From positions 105,281-169,280 of the forward strand of contig DASXGW010000013.1 of NCBI GenBank assembly GCA_036488875.1: 64,000 nucleotides of DNA, in the 5' to 3' direction. Source of the stretch: Vulcanimicrobiaceae bacterium (lineage in GTDB: Bacteria; Vulcanimicrobiota; Vulcanimicrobiia; Vulcanimicrobiales; Vulcanimicrobiaceae). Below, in pieces: positions 52,689-61,819 of the stretch (position 1 is its first letter; each line of letters opens with the position of its first letter). The notes under the pieces are model-generated. The model was not told the DNA's origin. It made no database searches and worked only from the letters and a program-made list of their open reading frames with translations. The translations under genes were made by a program, and so were the position numbers.

Positions 52689-53488
52689 GCGACGGACCGC
52701 GGCGTCGCCGCTCAGAAGAGGATTCCGGCGGCGGAGGCGGCGGTGGACTGCCGCTCTTCCCGTTGATCCTCGTTGTCATTTTTGCCGGTCTGCTGCTCGG
52801 CGGTGTGCTGGCGAAGTTCTTCGGCGGCGCGTCTTCATCGAAATCGACGCCCCCGCCGAGCACGTTTACGATTGCGCCCGAACGGTCGACGGCTCCGCTC
52901 GCGATGGTAACGCGCGGCGCGACGCCTCGTCCGATCCCGACCGAGACCGCTGGTGCGACCGCGAAGCCATCGGCAAAACCGTCCGAAAAAGCGTCGCCCG
53001 CCGCATCCGCCAAGCCGTCGAGTGCGCCGAGCGAATCTCCAACCCCCAAAGCGTCGCCGAAGCCGATCCCGTCGCCGTCGGCGCGGGTCGTTTACGTGAC
53101 GCCCGCACCGCACCGGCCGACTGCAGCACCCAGCAACGTCTTCACGCCGTCCGCAGCAACGCCCGTTATCGCCGCGGCGACGTCACCGGCACCGAACTAC
53201 GTCGCGGCCGGAGGCGATCAAGCCGCTTCGATCGTGCGCTCGTATTTAGGTGCGCTCGCGCGCGGCGATCGCGCGACCGCGACGAGCTATCTCGCGCATG
53301 GGCTTCCCAGCGAAGCCTTCATGGATGCCAACGCGCGGATCGTTTCGGTTCATAGCGAAAACAGCGCGAGCCCGTACAAAGTCAGTGCCGACGTACAAAC
53401 CGCCACCGGCGAATACTACATCACGTTTACGCTGCAGCAGGGTACCGGCGGTCTGCAGATCGTCGACCACTACGCGATCAAACCGTAG
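52685..53488 (+). CDS. Single-pass membrane protein with Pro/Ser/Ala-rich linker and small C-terminal globular domain
   Basis: Starts at GTG (GTGA overlap). TM segment LPLFPLILVVIFAGLLLGGVLAKFF, a ~130-aa low-complexity PSA linker, then a ~85-aa C-terminal domain (IVRSYLGALARGD ... YYITFTLQQ). Confidence 0.65.
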   Translation: MSDGPRRRRSEEDSGGGGGGGLPLFPLILVVIFAGLLLGGVLAKFFGGASSSKSTPPPSTFTIAPERSTAPLAMVTRGATPRPIPTETAGATAKPSAKPSEKASPAASAKPSSAPSESPTPKASPKPIPSPSARVVYVTPAPHRPTAAPSNVFTPSAATPVIAAATSPAPNYVAAGGDQAASIVRSYLGALARGDRATATSYLAHGLPSEAFMDANARIVSVHSENSASPYKVSADVQTATGEYYITFTLQQGTGGLQIVDHYAIKP

Positions 53489-53494
53489 CAGCCG

Positions 53495-55126
53495 CTAGAT
53501 TTCGGCGCCTAATCCCGTTACGGCACGTACTTGCAGTTGGCCGAACATTTCTTGGGCTTCGCGATCGGGGGCGACGAGCGTTCCGATGATGGCGCAGACG
53601 AAGCCGACCGGAATCGAAACGATGCCGGGATTTTCAATCGGGAAGATCGCGTGCGGGCCCATCCCTACGGGGCTGATCGCAATCAGACCGATCGACGATG
53701 CGAGACCGCCGAGCATGCCCGCGATCGCACCGCCGCCGGAAAAGCGCTTCCACCACAGCGACAGCAAGATCACCGGAACGTTGGCGCTGGCCGCGACCGC
53801 AAAGATGAGTCCGACGAGAAATCCGACGTTGTATCCGCGTAGCGAAATCGAGAGCACGGCGGAAATGACGGCGACAACGACGGCCGTCGCGCGCGCGACG
53901 TAGAGGTTTTCGGTTTCGTCACCCTTGCCGTCTCGAACGAGATTGAACCAGATGTCGTGCGCGAACGCCGATGAGGCCGCGATGGTGAGTCCGGCGACGA
54001 CGGCGAGAATCGTTGCGAATGCCACGGCCGAAACGAACGCCGCCAGCATCGAGCCGCCCAGGTGCGCGGCCAGCAGCGGAACCGCTAAGTTGCTATCTTG
54101 CTTGGGAACGATGTAGTTGTTCGCGACCAGATCCGCGTTGAGCTTGTCGGCTTGTTCGGGGTGGTGCGCGATGTAGGAAATGGCCTGGCCCGCGTACAGG
54201 CGAGTACCGATTTGCTGCTCGCCGACGATCGTCGCGGCACCGAGTCCCATGAACGAGATGAGCACGTAGAAGATGCCGATGAGCACCATCGCCCACGCGA
54301 CCGACCGCCGTGCGGCGTTTGCGGAAGGCACCGTAAAGAAACGGATGAGAACGTGTGGAAGCCCCGCGGTCCCGAGGGCCTGCGAAAGCGAGAACGATAG
54401 CAGGTTCCACGCGCCGACCGATCCGATGAAGAGCAGGCCGGGGTTGAGGAGGTTTGCGCTTGCGCCGGCAGCCTTGTGCACCGCGCTTGCCGCCTGCAGC
54501 ATCGCTCCAATCGAAAAGTTGAAGTGAACCAGCACCAGCGCCGACAGAATGACCGAGCTTACCAGCAGCAGCCCGGCTTTGATGACCTGCACCCACGTCG
54601 TGGCGAGCATGCCGCCGAAGAACACGTACGTGAGCATCAACGCTGCCACGACCACGATTGCCACGATGTCGCTGAGCTGCGGTAAGAGCAAGTGAACGAC
54701 CGCTCCGCCGCCGACCATCTGCGCGATCATGTAGAAGATGCTGATCACCAGGGTCGAAAGGGCGGCGACCGCGCGAACGTTCCGGCCGCGTAAGCGAAAC
54801 GAAATCAAGTCGGCCATCGTGTACTTGCCGGTATTGCGCAGCTGCTCGGCGACGAGTAAGAGCACAACCAGGAAACCGACGAATGCTCCGGTCGCGTACA
54901 TGAAGCCGTCGAATCCGTAGAACGCGACCAACCCGGTAATGCCCAAAAACGATGCGGCGGACATGTAGTCCCCGGCGATCGCCCAGCCGTTTTGCAGGCC
55001 GCCGATGCGGCGATGGGCGGTATAAAAACCGCGGCTGGTCGTGCTTTGTCCGGCGGCCAGGTACGTCACGACCAGCGTGATGCCGACGAAGATCCCGAAC
55101 ATCACGAGCGTCTCTTGCGTGCGCAT
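53495..55126 (-). CDS. actP: Cation/acetate symporter ActP (sodium:solute symporter family)
   Basis: Start reset to ATG 55126 (MRTQETLVMFGIFVG), a 1-nt overlap with the DUF485 stop. 543 aa with many TM helices. The RRIGGLQNGWAIAGDYMSAASFLG block is typical of ActP. Confidence 0.85.
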   Translation of the reverse strand: MRTQETLVMFGIFVGITLVVTYLAAGQSTTSRGFYTAHRRIGGLQNGWAIAGDYMSAASFLGITGLVAFYGFDGFMYATGAFVGFLVVLLLVAEQLRNTGKYTMADLISFRLRGRNVRAVAALSTLVISIFYMIAQMVGGGAVVHLLLPQLSDIVAIVVVAALMLTYVFFGGMLATTWVQVIKAGLLLVSSVILSALVLVHFNFSIGAMLQAASAVHKAAGASANLLNPGLLFIGSVGAWNLLSFSLSQALGTAGLPHVLIRFFTVPSANAARRSVAWAMVLIGIFYVLISFMGLGAATIVGEQQIGTRLYAGQAISYIAHHPEQADKLNADLVANNYIVPKQDSNLAVPLLAAHLGGSMLAAFVSAVAFATILAVVAGLTIAASSAFAHDIWFNLVRDGKGDETENLYVARATAVVVAVISAVLSISLRGYNVGFLVGLIFAVAASANVPVILLSLWWKRFSGGGAIAGMLGGLASSIGLIAISPVGMGPHAIFPIENPGIVSIPVGFVCAIIGTLVAPDREAQEMFGQLQVRAVTGLGAEI

Positions 55127-55479
55127 CAGCCGGCGGTCTCCTCGGTCTCGCGAATCTCTTCCGTCTCGTGTTTGCGGCAGAGCGCGGCCTGCAAATCGAA
55201 CGCGCGCGCCCGCCACAGGTAGGCCGCAAGCAGCCCCCACGCCATGACGAACTGCGCGAGCGCGTAGCAATAGGCCCAGGTCAACGACCCAATCGCGGGC
55301 CGGCTCATCGCCGCCGGAGCGAACCCCGCCGAGACCGGCAGGCCCAGGTAGAACGCGATGAAAAAGATCGTCGCCGGAACGACGAACCATCGCCGAGCTC
55401 GAACCAGCGATCGAAACTCGGGTTCCGCGGCGAGTGCGTCCCACTGTGCCGTCGTGACGTGATGGTGCTGGCCTTGCAT
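55126..55479 (-). CDS. DUF485 (YjcH-like) inner-membrane protein
   Basis: 117 aa from ATG 55479, two TM helices. FRSLVRARRWFVVPATIFF is typical of the small partner gene found upstream of actP. Confidence 0.75.
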   Translation of the reverse strand: MQGQHHHVTTAQWDALAAEPEFRSLVRARRWFVVPATIFFIAFYLGLPVSAGFAPAAMSRPAIGSLTWAYCYALAQFVMAWGLLAAYLWRARAFDLQAALCRKHETEEIRETEETAG

Positions 55480-55484
55480 GCGGC

Positions 55485-55715
55485 CTACATTCGCAGTATG
55501 CGGCGAATGTCCGCGCCGACGAACTCCTCTGCTGCGAGACCCGCGATCAACACGGCGCTCCCGACGATGGCGAAAACCGGGGCGGCCGGGTCGGCCGGAT
55601 AGGACGTTGCCGAGTACACCATCCAGAGCGCGGCGGCGAACAATACGGCCGCCGCGAGCGCGCGGACGAGCCACTGCAGTACCGGACGGCGGCGCGATTT
55701 AACGAGGATCATTCC
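55485..55715 (-). CDS. Possible small two-TM membrane protein (76 aa)
   Basis: In ORF 55485..56066 only the portion downstream of sufU is free of overlap. ATG 55715 gives MILVKSRRRPVLQWLVRALAAAVLFAAALW... Confidence 0.35.
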   Translation of the reverse strand, partial: GMILVKSRRRPVLQWLVRALAAAVLFAAALWMVYSATSYPADPAAPVFAIVGSAVLIAGLAAEEFVGADIRRILRM

Positions 55716-55780
55716 GGCAAACGCGACGAGTGCCGCGCAGCTAAAGCGCGCGAACTCGGCTAAGACGAACGAGTAAGTAG

Positions 55781-56170
55781 CTATTCCTCGTCCGGCCAAC
55801 CGGCGATTTCGCCGATCGCAGCGCTCTTGAGGACGCGCAGGCCAAGCATCGCGCACTTCATACGCGTGGGGCTGATACCGATGCCGACGTTCTCGAGCAC
55901 GATGTCCTTGGACAGCTTCGCGGCGTCTTGGAGCTTCATCCCCTTGACGGCTTCGGTAAGCATCGACGTCGACGCTTGGCTGATCGCGCAGCCTTTGCCG
56001 GAAAACTTCAAGTCGCTGATCACGCCGTCGTCGACTTTCAGCTCGATGCGGACCTGGTCGCCGCACAACGGGTTGAGGTCCTCGGCTTGCGCGTCGGGGC
56101 TCTCGATGTGACCGAAGTTGCGGGGATTGCGGTAGTGGTCGAGGATGTAGTCGCGGTAGAAATCGTCCAT
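55781..56170 (-). CDS. sufU: SufU-type sulfur-transfer / Fe-S scaffold-like protein
   Basis: HYRNPRNFG, NPLCGDQV, GKGCAIS and MKCA cysteine blocks. 129 aa. Confidence 0.85.
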   Translation of the reverse strand: MDDFYRDYILDHYRNPRNFGHIESPDAQAEDLNPLCGDQVRIELKVDDGVISDLKFSGKGCAISQASTSMLTEAVKGMKLQDAAKLSKDIVLENVGIGISPTRMKCAMLGLRVLKSAAIGEIAGWPDEE

Positions 56171-56173
56171 TCG

Positions 56174-57418
56174 CTACAGTTTAAAGACGTGCGCGGCCTT
56201 GTCGAGCCCGTCTACGAGCGCATCGACGTCGGCCTCGGTGTTGTACAGATAAAACGACGCGCGGGCCGTCGCCGGCCAGCCCATCTTTTCCATTAGCGGC
56301 ATCGCGCAGTGGTGTCCGCCACGGATGCAGACGCCTTCGCTGTCGAGAACCGACGCCAGATCGTGCGCGTGAATGTCGGCGAAGTTGAATGAGATGACGC
56401 CCGACACTTCCTCGGGATTGCGCGGGCCGTAGATATGCAAGCCGCGCCGCTCGAACTCGCCGAGCCGCTCGAGCGCGTAACCCGTCAGACGCAGCTCGTG
56501 ATCGCGAATCCACGGCATGCCCACGTCCTGCAGGTAATCGATGGCAACGCCGAATGCGATGGCGTCGGCGATATTGCTCGTTCCCGCTTCGAACTTCCAC
56601 GGCAGATCGTTAAACGTCGTGTGCGCGTACTCGACTTTGCGGATCATGTCGCCGCCGGTGTCGAACGGCGGCATCGCTTCGAGCAGCGCGCGCTTGCCGT
56701 ACAGGACGCCGATCCCGGTCGGACCGAGCATCTTGTGTCCGCTGAACGTATAGAAGTCTGCGCCGAGCGCCCTCACGTCGACCGGAAGGTGCGGCGCGCC
56801 TTGCGCACCGTCGATGAGGACGACGGCACCGGCACGGTGGGCTCGCTCGACGATCTCACGTACCGGCGCGATAGTGCCTAGCGCGTTGCTGACGTGGGCG
56901 ACCGCGACGAGCTTAGCGCCGTCGAGCAGCGCGTCGAGATTGCCGAGGACGAAGCGCCCGGACGAGTCGATCGGAATGAACCGAAGCTCTGCGCCGGTTC
57001 GCTGTGCGAGCAGCTGCCACGGCACGAGATCGGAATGGTGCTCCAGCTCGCTGAGTACGATGGCGTCGCCGCGCTTGACGTTGGTCGATCCCCACGAATA
57101 AGCGACCAGATTGATCGCCTCGGTCGTGTTGCGCACCCAGATGACCTCGGCGGGATCGGCGTTGATGAACCGCGCGACCTTCAGCCGTGCGCCTTCGAAC
57201 TCATCGGTAGCGCGGGCGGCAATCTCGTAGACGCCGCGGTGGATGTTGGCGTTGTACTGCTCGTAGTAGTCGACCAGTGCCGCAATCACCGATCGCGGCT
57301 TTTGCGACGTGGCGGCGGAGTCGAGATAGACCAGCCGTTTTCCACGCGACGTCGGCCGGGCCAGAATCGGAAAGTCGGCGACGATTCGCTCGAGCTTCTT
57401 ATCGGTGGCGGCGATCAT
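56174..57418 (-). CDS. sufS: Cysteine desulfurase SufS (class II)
   Basis: YLDSAATSQKP, SGHKMLGPTG (PLP lysine) and RGGHHCA (active Cys) blocks. Confidence 0.9.
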   Translation of the reverse strand: MIAATDKKLERIVADFPILARPTSRGKRLVYLDSAATSQKPRSVIAALVDYYEQYNANIHRGVYEIAARATDEFEGARLKVARFINADPAEVIWVRNTTEAINLVAYSWGSTNVKRGDAIVLSELEHHSDLVPWQLLAQRTGAELRFIPIDSSGRFVLGNLDALLDGAKLVAVAHVSNALGTIAPVREIVERAHRAGAVVLIDGAQGAPHLPVDVRALGADFYTFSGHKMLGPTGIGVLYGKRALLEAMPPFDTGGDMIRKVEYAHTTFNDLPWKFEAGTSNIADAIAFGVAIDYLQDVGMPWIRDHELRLTGYALERLGEFERRGLHIYGPRNPEEVSGVISFNFADIHAHDLASVLDSEGVCIRGGHHCAMPLMEKMGWPATARASFYLYNTEADVDALVDGLDKAAHVFKL

Positions 57419-58602
57419 GATGCTTTAGTGCGCAGGGCTTCCCGCAGCTCTTCGCGCAGCGCCTCGGTAGGAAAGTTCGCGATGCCCGGCTCGAAAAAGC
57501 CCAGCGCGATCATGCGCTCGGCGGCCGTTGGTTCGATGCCGCGGCTTTCCAGGTAAAAGATTTGCTCTTCGTCGAGCGCACCGACCGTTGCGCCGTGATA
57601 CGCTTTGACGTCGTTGGCCGCGATTTCCAGCGCGGGAACGGAATCGATGTGCGCGCGCTTGGAGAGCAGCAGCGCGTCGTCACGCAGGCTCGCGTCGGTG
57701 CCTTGGGCGTTAGCGGCGATGCGAATGTTGCCGAGGTATCGCGCTTGCCCGCTTCCGGCTGCGGCCGACTTCACGTGCGTCTGCGACGACGATTCACCGA
57801 CGACGTGATCGACGGTGCTCACGATGTCGACGTGCTGCGATCCGATCGGGAAGAAGAGCGACGTTATGGCGGCTTCGACACCCGGCTGTGCGATCGTTGC
57901 CGACAGGTCACCGACGCTCAAGTCGGCCCCGAAATCCGCCGATGCCCAGGCGATTTTTGCGTCGCGTCCCGGGCGTGCGGCGCGGGTCGCGAAAAAGCGC
58001 GCGCCGGCATCGAGCTGCTGATAGGCGGCGCACGTGAGATCGCTGTTGTCTTCGTTCACCGCTTCGGTGACGGCGCACACGAACGCGCCGGCGCCGCCGG
58101 TATAGCGTTCCAGCACCGTCGCGCGCGCCCCGCGCTCGAGCAGCACGACGGTATAGGGAAAGACGCCCGCGTTCGGCGCTATCGAATAGGTTATGGTAAT
58201 CGGTTCGCTGCAGTCGTAATCCGCAGGCACGTATACGAAGCATCCGGCCGACGCAAACGCGCGAGCGAGCGCGCCGAACTTCGCGGTCGTCGCTTCGGTC
58301 GCACCAAACGCGCGCGCGAGCAGCTCGGCGTGGCGGCGCGCCGCCGTGCTCAGGTCGCAGGCGATGACGCGCTCGGAGGCACGCTCGATGCGGACCGTCG
58401 CCCCTTCGGGCGAGATCGTATCGGCGTCGGGCGCGATTGCGTCGAGATCGACGCGCCAAAAGCGCGAGGGTCTTTGGCGCCCGCTGGGCGTGGTCAGGAA
58501 ACGATCGAGCGCTTCCGCGCGCGCTTTTGGCGCTAAGAGGGTCGCGTCGAGTCCTTCGATGCGCTGATGGAGTTCCGTTTCGGGGATCGTCGCGCTAGGC
58601 AA
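57415..58602 (-). CDS. sufD: Fe-S cluster assembly protein SufD (SufB/SufD family)
   Basis: 395 aa. The C-terminal block DDALLLSKRAHIDSVPALEIAANDVKAYHGATVGALDEEQIFYLESRGI is typical of the SufB/D beta-helix. The length fits SufD rather than SufB. Confidence 0.8.
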   Translation of the reverse strand: MPSATIPETELHQRIEGLDATLLAPKARAEALDRFLTTPSGRQRPSRFWRVDLDAIAPDADTISPEGATVRIERASERVIACDLSTAARRHAELLARAFGATEATTAKFGALARAFASAGCFVYVPADYDCSEPITITYSIAPNAGVFPYTVVLLERGARATVLERYTGGAGAFVCAVTEAVNEDNSDLTCAAYQQLDAGARFFATRAARPGRDAKIAWASADFGADLSVGDLSATIAQPGVEAAITSLFFPIGSQHVDIVSTVDHVVGESSSQTHVKSAAAGSGQARYLGNIRIAANAQGTDASLRDDALLLSKRAHIDSVPALEIAANDVKAYHGATVGALDEEQIFYLESRGIEPTAAERMIALGFFEPGIANFPTEALREELREALRTKAS

Positions 58603-59365
58603 TGGCGCCGATCTCCTCGCGAATGGTGTCGTAACCTTCGCGCTCGATCCTATGCGCGAGCTCCTGGTCGCCGGTCTTGACGATGCGCCCGTCGATCATG
58701 ATGTGCACGACGTCCGCCGCGACGTGCTGAAGGATCCGCGGATAATGCGTGATGACGAGAAAGCCGGTGTTGCGTCCCTCGTCGCTCGCGCGCAGCGCTG
58801 CAATCGATTCGCCGACAGCTCTAAGCGAGTCGACGTCGAGACCCGAGTCCGTCTCGTCGAGCACGGCGTACTTGGGCGCGAGCACGGCGAGTTGAAGCAT
58901 TTCGAGCCGCTTCTTTTCACCGCCGGAGAACCCGTCGTTGAGATAGCGTCCCATAAAGGACGGATCCATACCGAGAAGTTCCATCTTTTCGAGCAGCAAC
59001 GCGCGGAATTTTGCGGGCGGCAAATCGCCGGGGCGCTCGGCTTGGCGCGCGGCATGCAAAAAGTTGGCGACTTTCACGCCCGGAATCGCGGCCGGATATT
59101 GAAACGAAAGGAACAGGCCGGCACGCGCGCGCTTATCGGGCGCGAGGGCCAGCAAGTCCGCGCCGTCGAGAGTCACCGATCCCTTGTTGACGGCATACTG
59201 CGGATGGCCGGTCAAAGAGAAGGCGAGCGTCGACTTGCCGCTGCCGTTAGGCCCCATCAGCGCGTGAACTTTTCCGGGCTCGACGACGAGGTCGATGCCT
59301 TTGAGAATCTCGTTTCCGGCGACGCTGCAGTGCAGGTCGGCGATGCGCAAACCCTGGTCGGACAC
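58595..59365 (-). CDS. sufC: Fe-S cluster assembly ATPase SufC
   Basis: Walker A GPNGSGKST, signature FSGGEKKR, Walker B AVLDETDSGLD. GTG start. Confidence 0.9.
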   Translation of the reverse strand: MSDQGLRIADLHCSVAGNEILKGIDLVVEPGKVHALMGPNGSGKSTLAFSLTGHPQYAVNKGSVTLDGADLLALAPDKRARAGLFLSFQYPAAIPGVKVANFLHAARQAERPGDLPPAKFRALLLEKMELLGMDPSFMGRYLNDGFSGGEKKRLEMLQLAVLAPKYAVLDETDSGLDVDSLRAVGESIAALRASDEGRNTGFLVITHYPRILQHVAADVVHIMIDGRIVKTGDQELAHRIEREGYDTIREEIGAIA

Positions 59366-59413
59366 GTGCGGGGTTCCTTTCTTTTGAGCCTCTGGTATCG
59401 TAGCCGAGCCTGT

Positions 59414-59447
59414 CCTAGAAAGTCAAGGAAAAACTTTACTATCTAGG
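59414..59447. promoter_or_regulatory. Imperfect palindrome in the sufC/sufR divergent intergenic region (candidate SufR operator)
   Basis: CCTAGAAAGT-caaggaaaa-ACTTTACTATCTAGG. Outer arms CCTAG/CTAGG and inner arms AAAGT/ACTTT are reverse complements. It lies in the AT-richest part of the 107-nt intergenic region. Confidence 0.3.
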
Positions 59448-59472
59448 GGGTCCGTGCTAGGATAGGCTCAAG

Positions 59473-60105
59473 GTGACCGTAGACCGCTTTTTCCAGACGA
59501 CCCGGGGCAAGATCGTGGCGGAACTTCGCCGCCGCGGAACGGCTTCGGCGGCAGACTTAGCGCGCGAGTTCGGGCTCTCGCCCAACGCCGTGCGCCAGCA
59601 GCTTGTTGTCCTGGAGCGCGACGGCCTGGTCGTCGAGAAATCGGTGCGGCGCGGCCCCACCAAGCCCACGCTCGAGTTTTCGCTCACCAACGACGCCGAC
59701 AAGCTCTTCCCGCAGGCCTACGACAAGATGCTCGACGCGGTTCTTCGCGAGGTGCGCGACCAGTTCGGGTCGCCGGCCGTCGAGCGCATCTTTGAGGGGC
59801 TCTCGCGTAGGGCGGTCGAACGCGCACGCCACAAAATTACCGCGCAAGAACCCGAACAGCGCGTCGCTCAACTCACGCAGATGCTGCGCGATAACGGTGT
59901 CGTCGCCGAGTACAGTTTGATCGACGGCGGCTACGCGCTGCACGAGCACAACTGTCCGTATTCGGGCGTGGTTAAGGAACATCCGGAGGTGTGCCAGGTG
60001 ATCCACCAGGTCATCGACGAGACGATCGGCGGCGAGCACGTGCAAACGGAGTCGCTAGCACATGGCGGCAAGGAGTGCCGCTTCGAGATGAAACCTACTG
60101 CATAG
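59473..60105 (+). CDS. sufR: SufR-like transcriptional regulator (wHTH + C-terminal Cys cluster)
   Basis: N-terminal HTH (TRGKIVAELRRRGTASAADLAREFGLSPNAVRQQLVVLERDGLV). C-terminal cysteines C-x12-C-x27-C (CPYSGVVKEHPEVC ... KEC). Divergent from the suf operon. Confidence 0.75.
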   Translation: MTVDRFFQTTRGKIVAELRRRGTASAADLAREFGLSPNAVRQQLVVLERDGLVVEKSVRRGPTKPTLEFSLTNDADKLFPQAYDKMLDAVLREVRDQFGSPAVERIFEGLSRRAVERARHKITAQEPEQRVAQLTQMLRDNGVVAEYSLIDGGYALHEHNCPYSGVVKEHPEVCQVIHQVIDETIGGEHVQTESLAHGGKECRFEMKPTA

Positions 60106-60120
60106 GGGAATAACGAGAGT

Positions 60121-60618
60121 ATGGATTTTCCGAAGTTTCAGCGATTGGTCGAAGAGCGTACCGGGTTCCGCACGATGGAGAACGCGACCGCGAGCGGCGA
60201 GTATTTCAGCGACTCGTGCGGTGACATGTACAACTTCTTCCTGAAGGTCGGCCCGGGTGCGGTGATCGAGGACATCTCGTACTTCACGACCGGTTGCGGT
60301 TTCGGTACCGCGACCTGCAGCTTGGTCGTCGATTTGGCCAAAGGCAAGACGGTGGACGAAGCGGCGACGATCGCCGCCTCCGACGTCGAGTCGCAGCTCG
60401 GCGGATATCCCGAAAAGAAAAAAGATTATCCCGAGCGCGCGCTCGAGGCGCTCCACGTCGCGCTCGACGATTACCGGCAGAAGGTTTCGAGCGGGGCCGT
60501 TCCCGATTACGGCACGATGCCTCGCGCCGCTGCCGCCCCGGCGGCAGAAGTTGTCGAGCCCAAGGCCAACGGCACCGCCGCCGCCGACGACGGGAAGCTT
60601 TTGATCAAACTGCGCTAA
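60121..60618 (+). CDS. IscU/NifU-N-like Fe-S scaffold protein with Ala/Pro-rich C-terminal extension
   Basis: Three scaffold cysteines in SCGD, TGCGFG and ATCS contexts. 15 nt downstream of sufR. Confidence 0.75.
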   Translation: MDFPKFQRLVEERTGFRTMENATASGEYFSDSCGDMYNFFLKVGPGAVIEDISYFTTGCGFGTATCSLVVDLAKGKTVDEAATIAASDVESQLGGYPEKKKDYPERALEALHVALDDYRQKVSSGAVPDYGTMPRAAAAPAAEVVEPKANGTAAADDGKLLIKLR

Positions 60619-60620
60619 CG

Positions 60621-61166
60621 CTATTTTCGCAGCAGCTCAGACGTCGCGCTAACCACATAGCGCGACGTATTTTTTTCTTTGTCGTGGACCGACTCGAAGA
60701 GCGTCAGCGCACGGATCCGCAGGGTTACCGGTGCAACGTTTACGAGCGGCAGCGGCCGGCGCGGATCCTTCACTCGCGCGACGGTGACGTGCGCGACGGC
60801 GTCGTCTTTGAAAGTAAACCCGAGGCCGGCATACCCGCTGCGAAGGCGCTCGCACACCGTGCGAAAGTCGCGTCCCTGTTCGCGAGCTCCAACGTAAACG
60901 ATCCGCGGCTTTTGCTCGTGCGGGAACGCGCCGACCTTGTCGAGCGCAACGTCGAGCGGAGCGGTCGCCGCCGCCGCTTCGTCCATGACGCGCACGATCT
61001 CGACGTGGCGTTCCGGATCCACGTTGCCTAAAAAAGCCAGCGTGACGTGCAGCTTGTCCAGCCCTTCGAACTTTGCCGCGAATCCGCTGCGCGCGAGCTC
61101 CTCGATGACGGCACCGCACGCAGCGCGCGCTGTATCGTCGAGCTCGATGCCCGCGAACAGCCTCAC
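60621..61166 (-). CDS. thpR: RNA 2',3'-cyclic phosphodiesterase (2H phosphoesterase, ThpR/LigT)
   Basis: Two H-x-T-x motifs (HVTLAFLG and HVTVARV). 181 aa. Confidence 0.85.
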   Translation of the reverse strand: MRLFAGIELDDTARAACGAVIEELARSGFAAKFEGLDKLHVTLAFLGNVDPERHVEIVRVMDEAAAATAPLDVALDKVGAFPHEQKPRIVYVGAREQGRDFRTVCERLRSGYAGLGFTFKDDAVAHVTVARVKDPRRPLPLVNVAPVTLRIRALTLFESVHDKEKNTSRYVVSATSELLRK

Positions 61167-61801
61167 AGATACGGATTCGATTGCCGCTCGGTGCCGATCG
61201 TCGTAAAAGGTCCGTGACCGGGAACGACCGGCGTTGCATCGTCGTACGGTAAGAGTTTTTCGCGTATCGAATCGACGATGTCTTCCATCGACGTCCCGCC
61301 CAAGTCCCAGCGCCCGATCGATCCGGCAAAGAGCGTATCGCCCGTGAGCAGCGTGGTGCGCAGACCTTCACCGTCGCGCAGCGCGAAGCAGACGCTTCCC
61401 GGCGTGTGACCCGGCGTGTGTAGCACGTCGAGGCGCACGCTGCCAACGCGAAGCGAGTCGCCGTCGCGCAGGTCACCGTCGAGCGGTACGATCGGGGGCG
61501 CATGCGCCAAACCGATCCAGCGAGCTTGAATCGCGAGCGTTTCATACAGCGGAAGATCGGCCGGGTGAAGAAGGCCGCCGGCGCCGGTGAGTTCTTTGAG
61601 CCGCCCGAGGTCGCCGATGTGATCGATGTGCGCGTGCGTGTGCACGAGCAGCTTGGCGCGAAGATTTCGTTGCTTCAAGTACTCCGCAACTTCGTCGACG
61701 CCGTCACCGCCGTCGACCACGATGGCCTCTCCGCTGGTTTCGTCGGCAACGATCGTGCAGTTGCACGCGAGCGGTCCCACCGTAAACGTTTCGCAGATCA
61801 C
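61163..61801 (-). CDS. MBL-fold hydrolase (glyoxalase II-like)
   Basis: HTHAHIDHIGD motif. 212 aa. 4-nt overlap with thpR. Confidence 0.8.
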   Translation of the reverse strand: MICETFTVGPLACNCTIVADETSGEAIVVDGGDGVDEVAEYLKQRNLRAKLLVHTHAHIDHIGDLGRLKELTGAGGLLHPADLPLYETLAIQARWIGLAHAPPIVPLDGDLRDGDSLRVGSVRLDVLHTPGHTPGSVCFALRDGEGLRTTLLTGDTLFAGSIGRWDLGGTSMEDIVDSIREKLLPYDDATPVVPGHGPFTTIGTERQSNPYL

Positions 61802-61819
61802 CCGTCTGCGTTTACCGGC

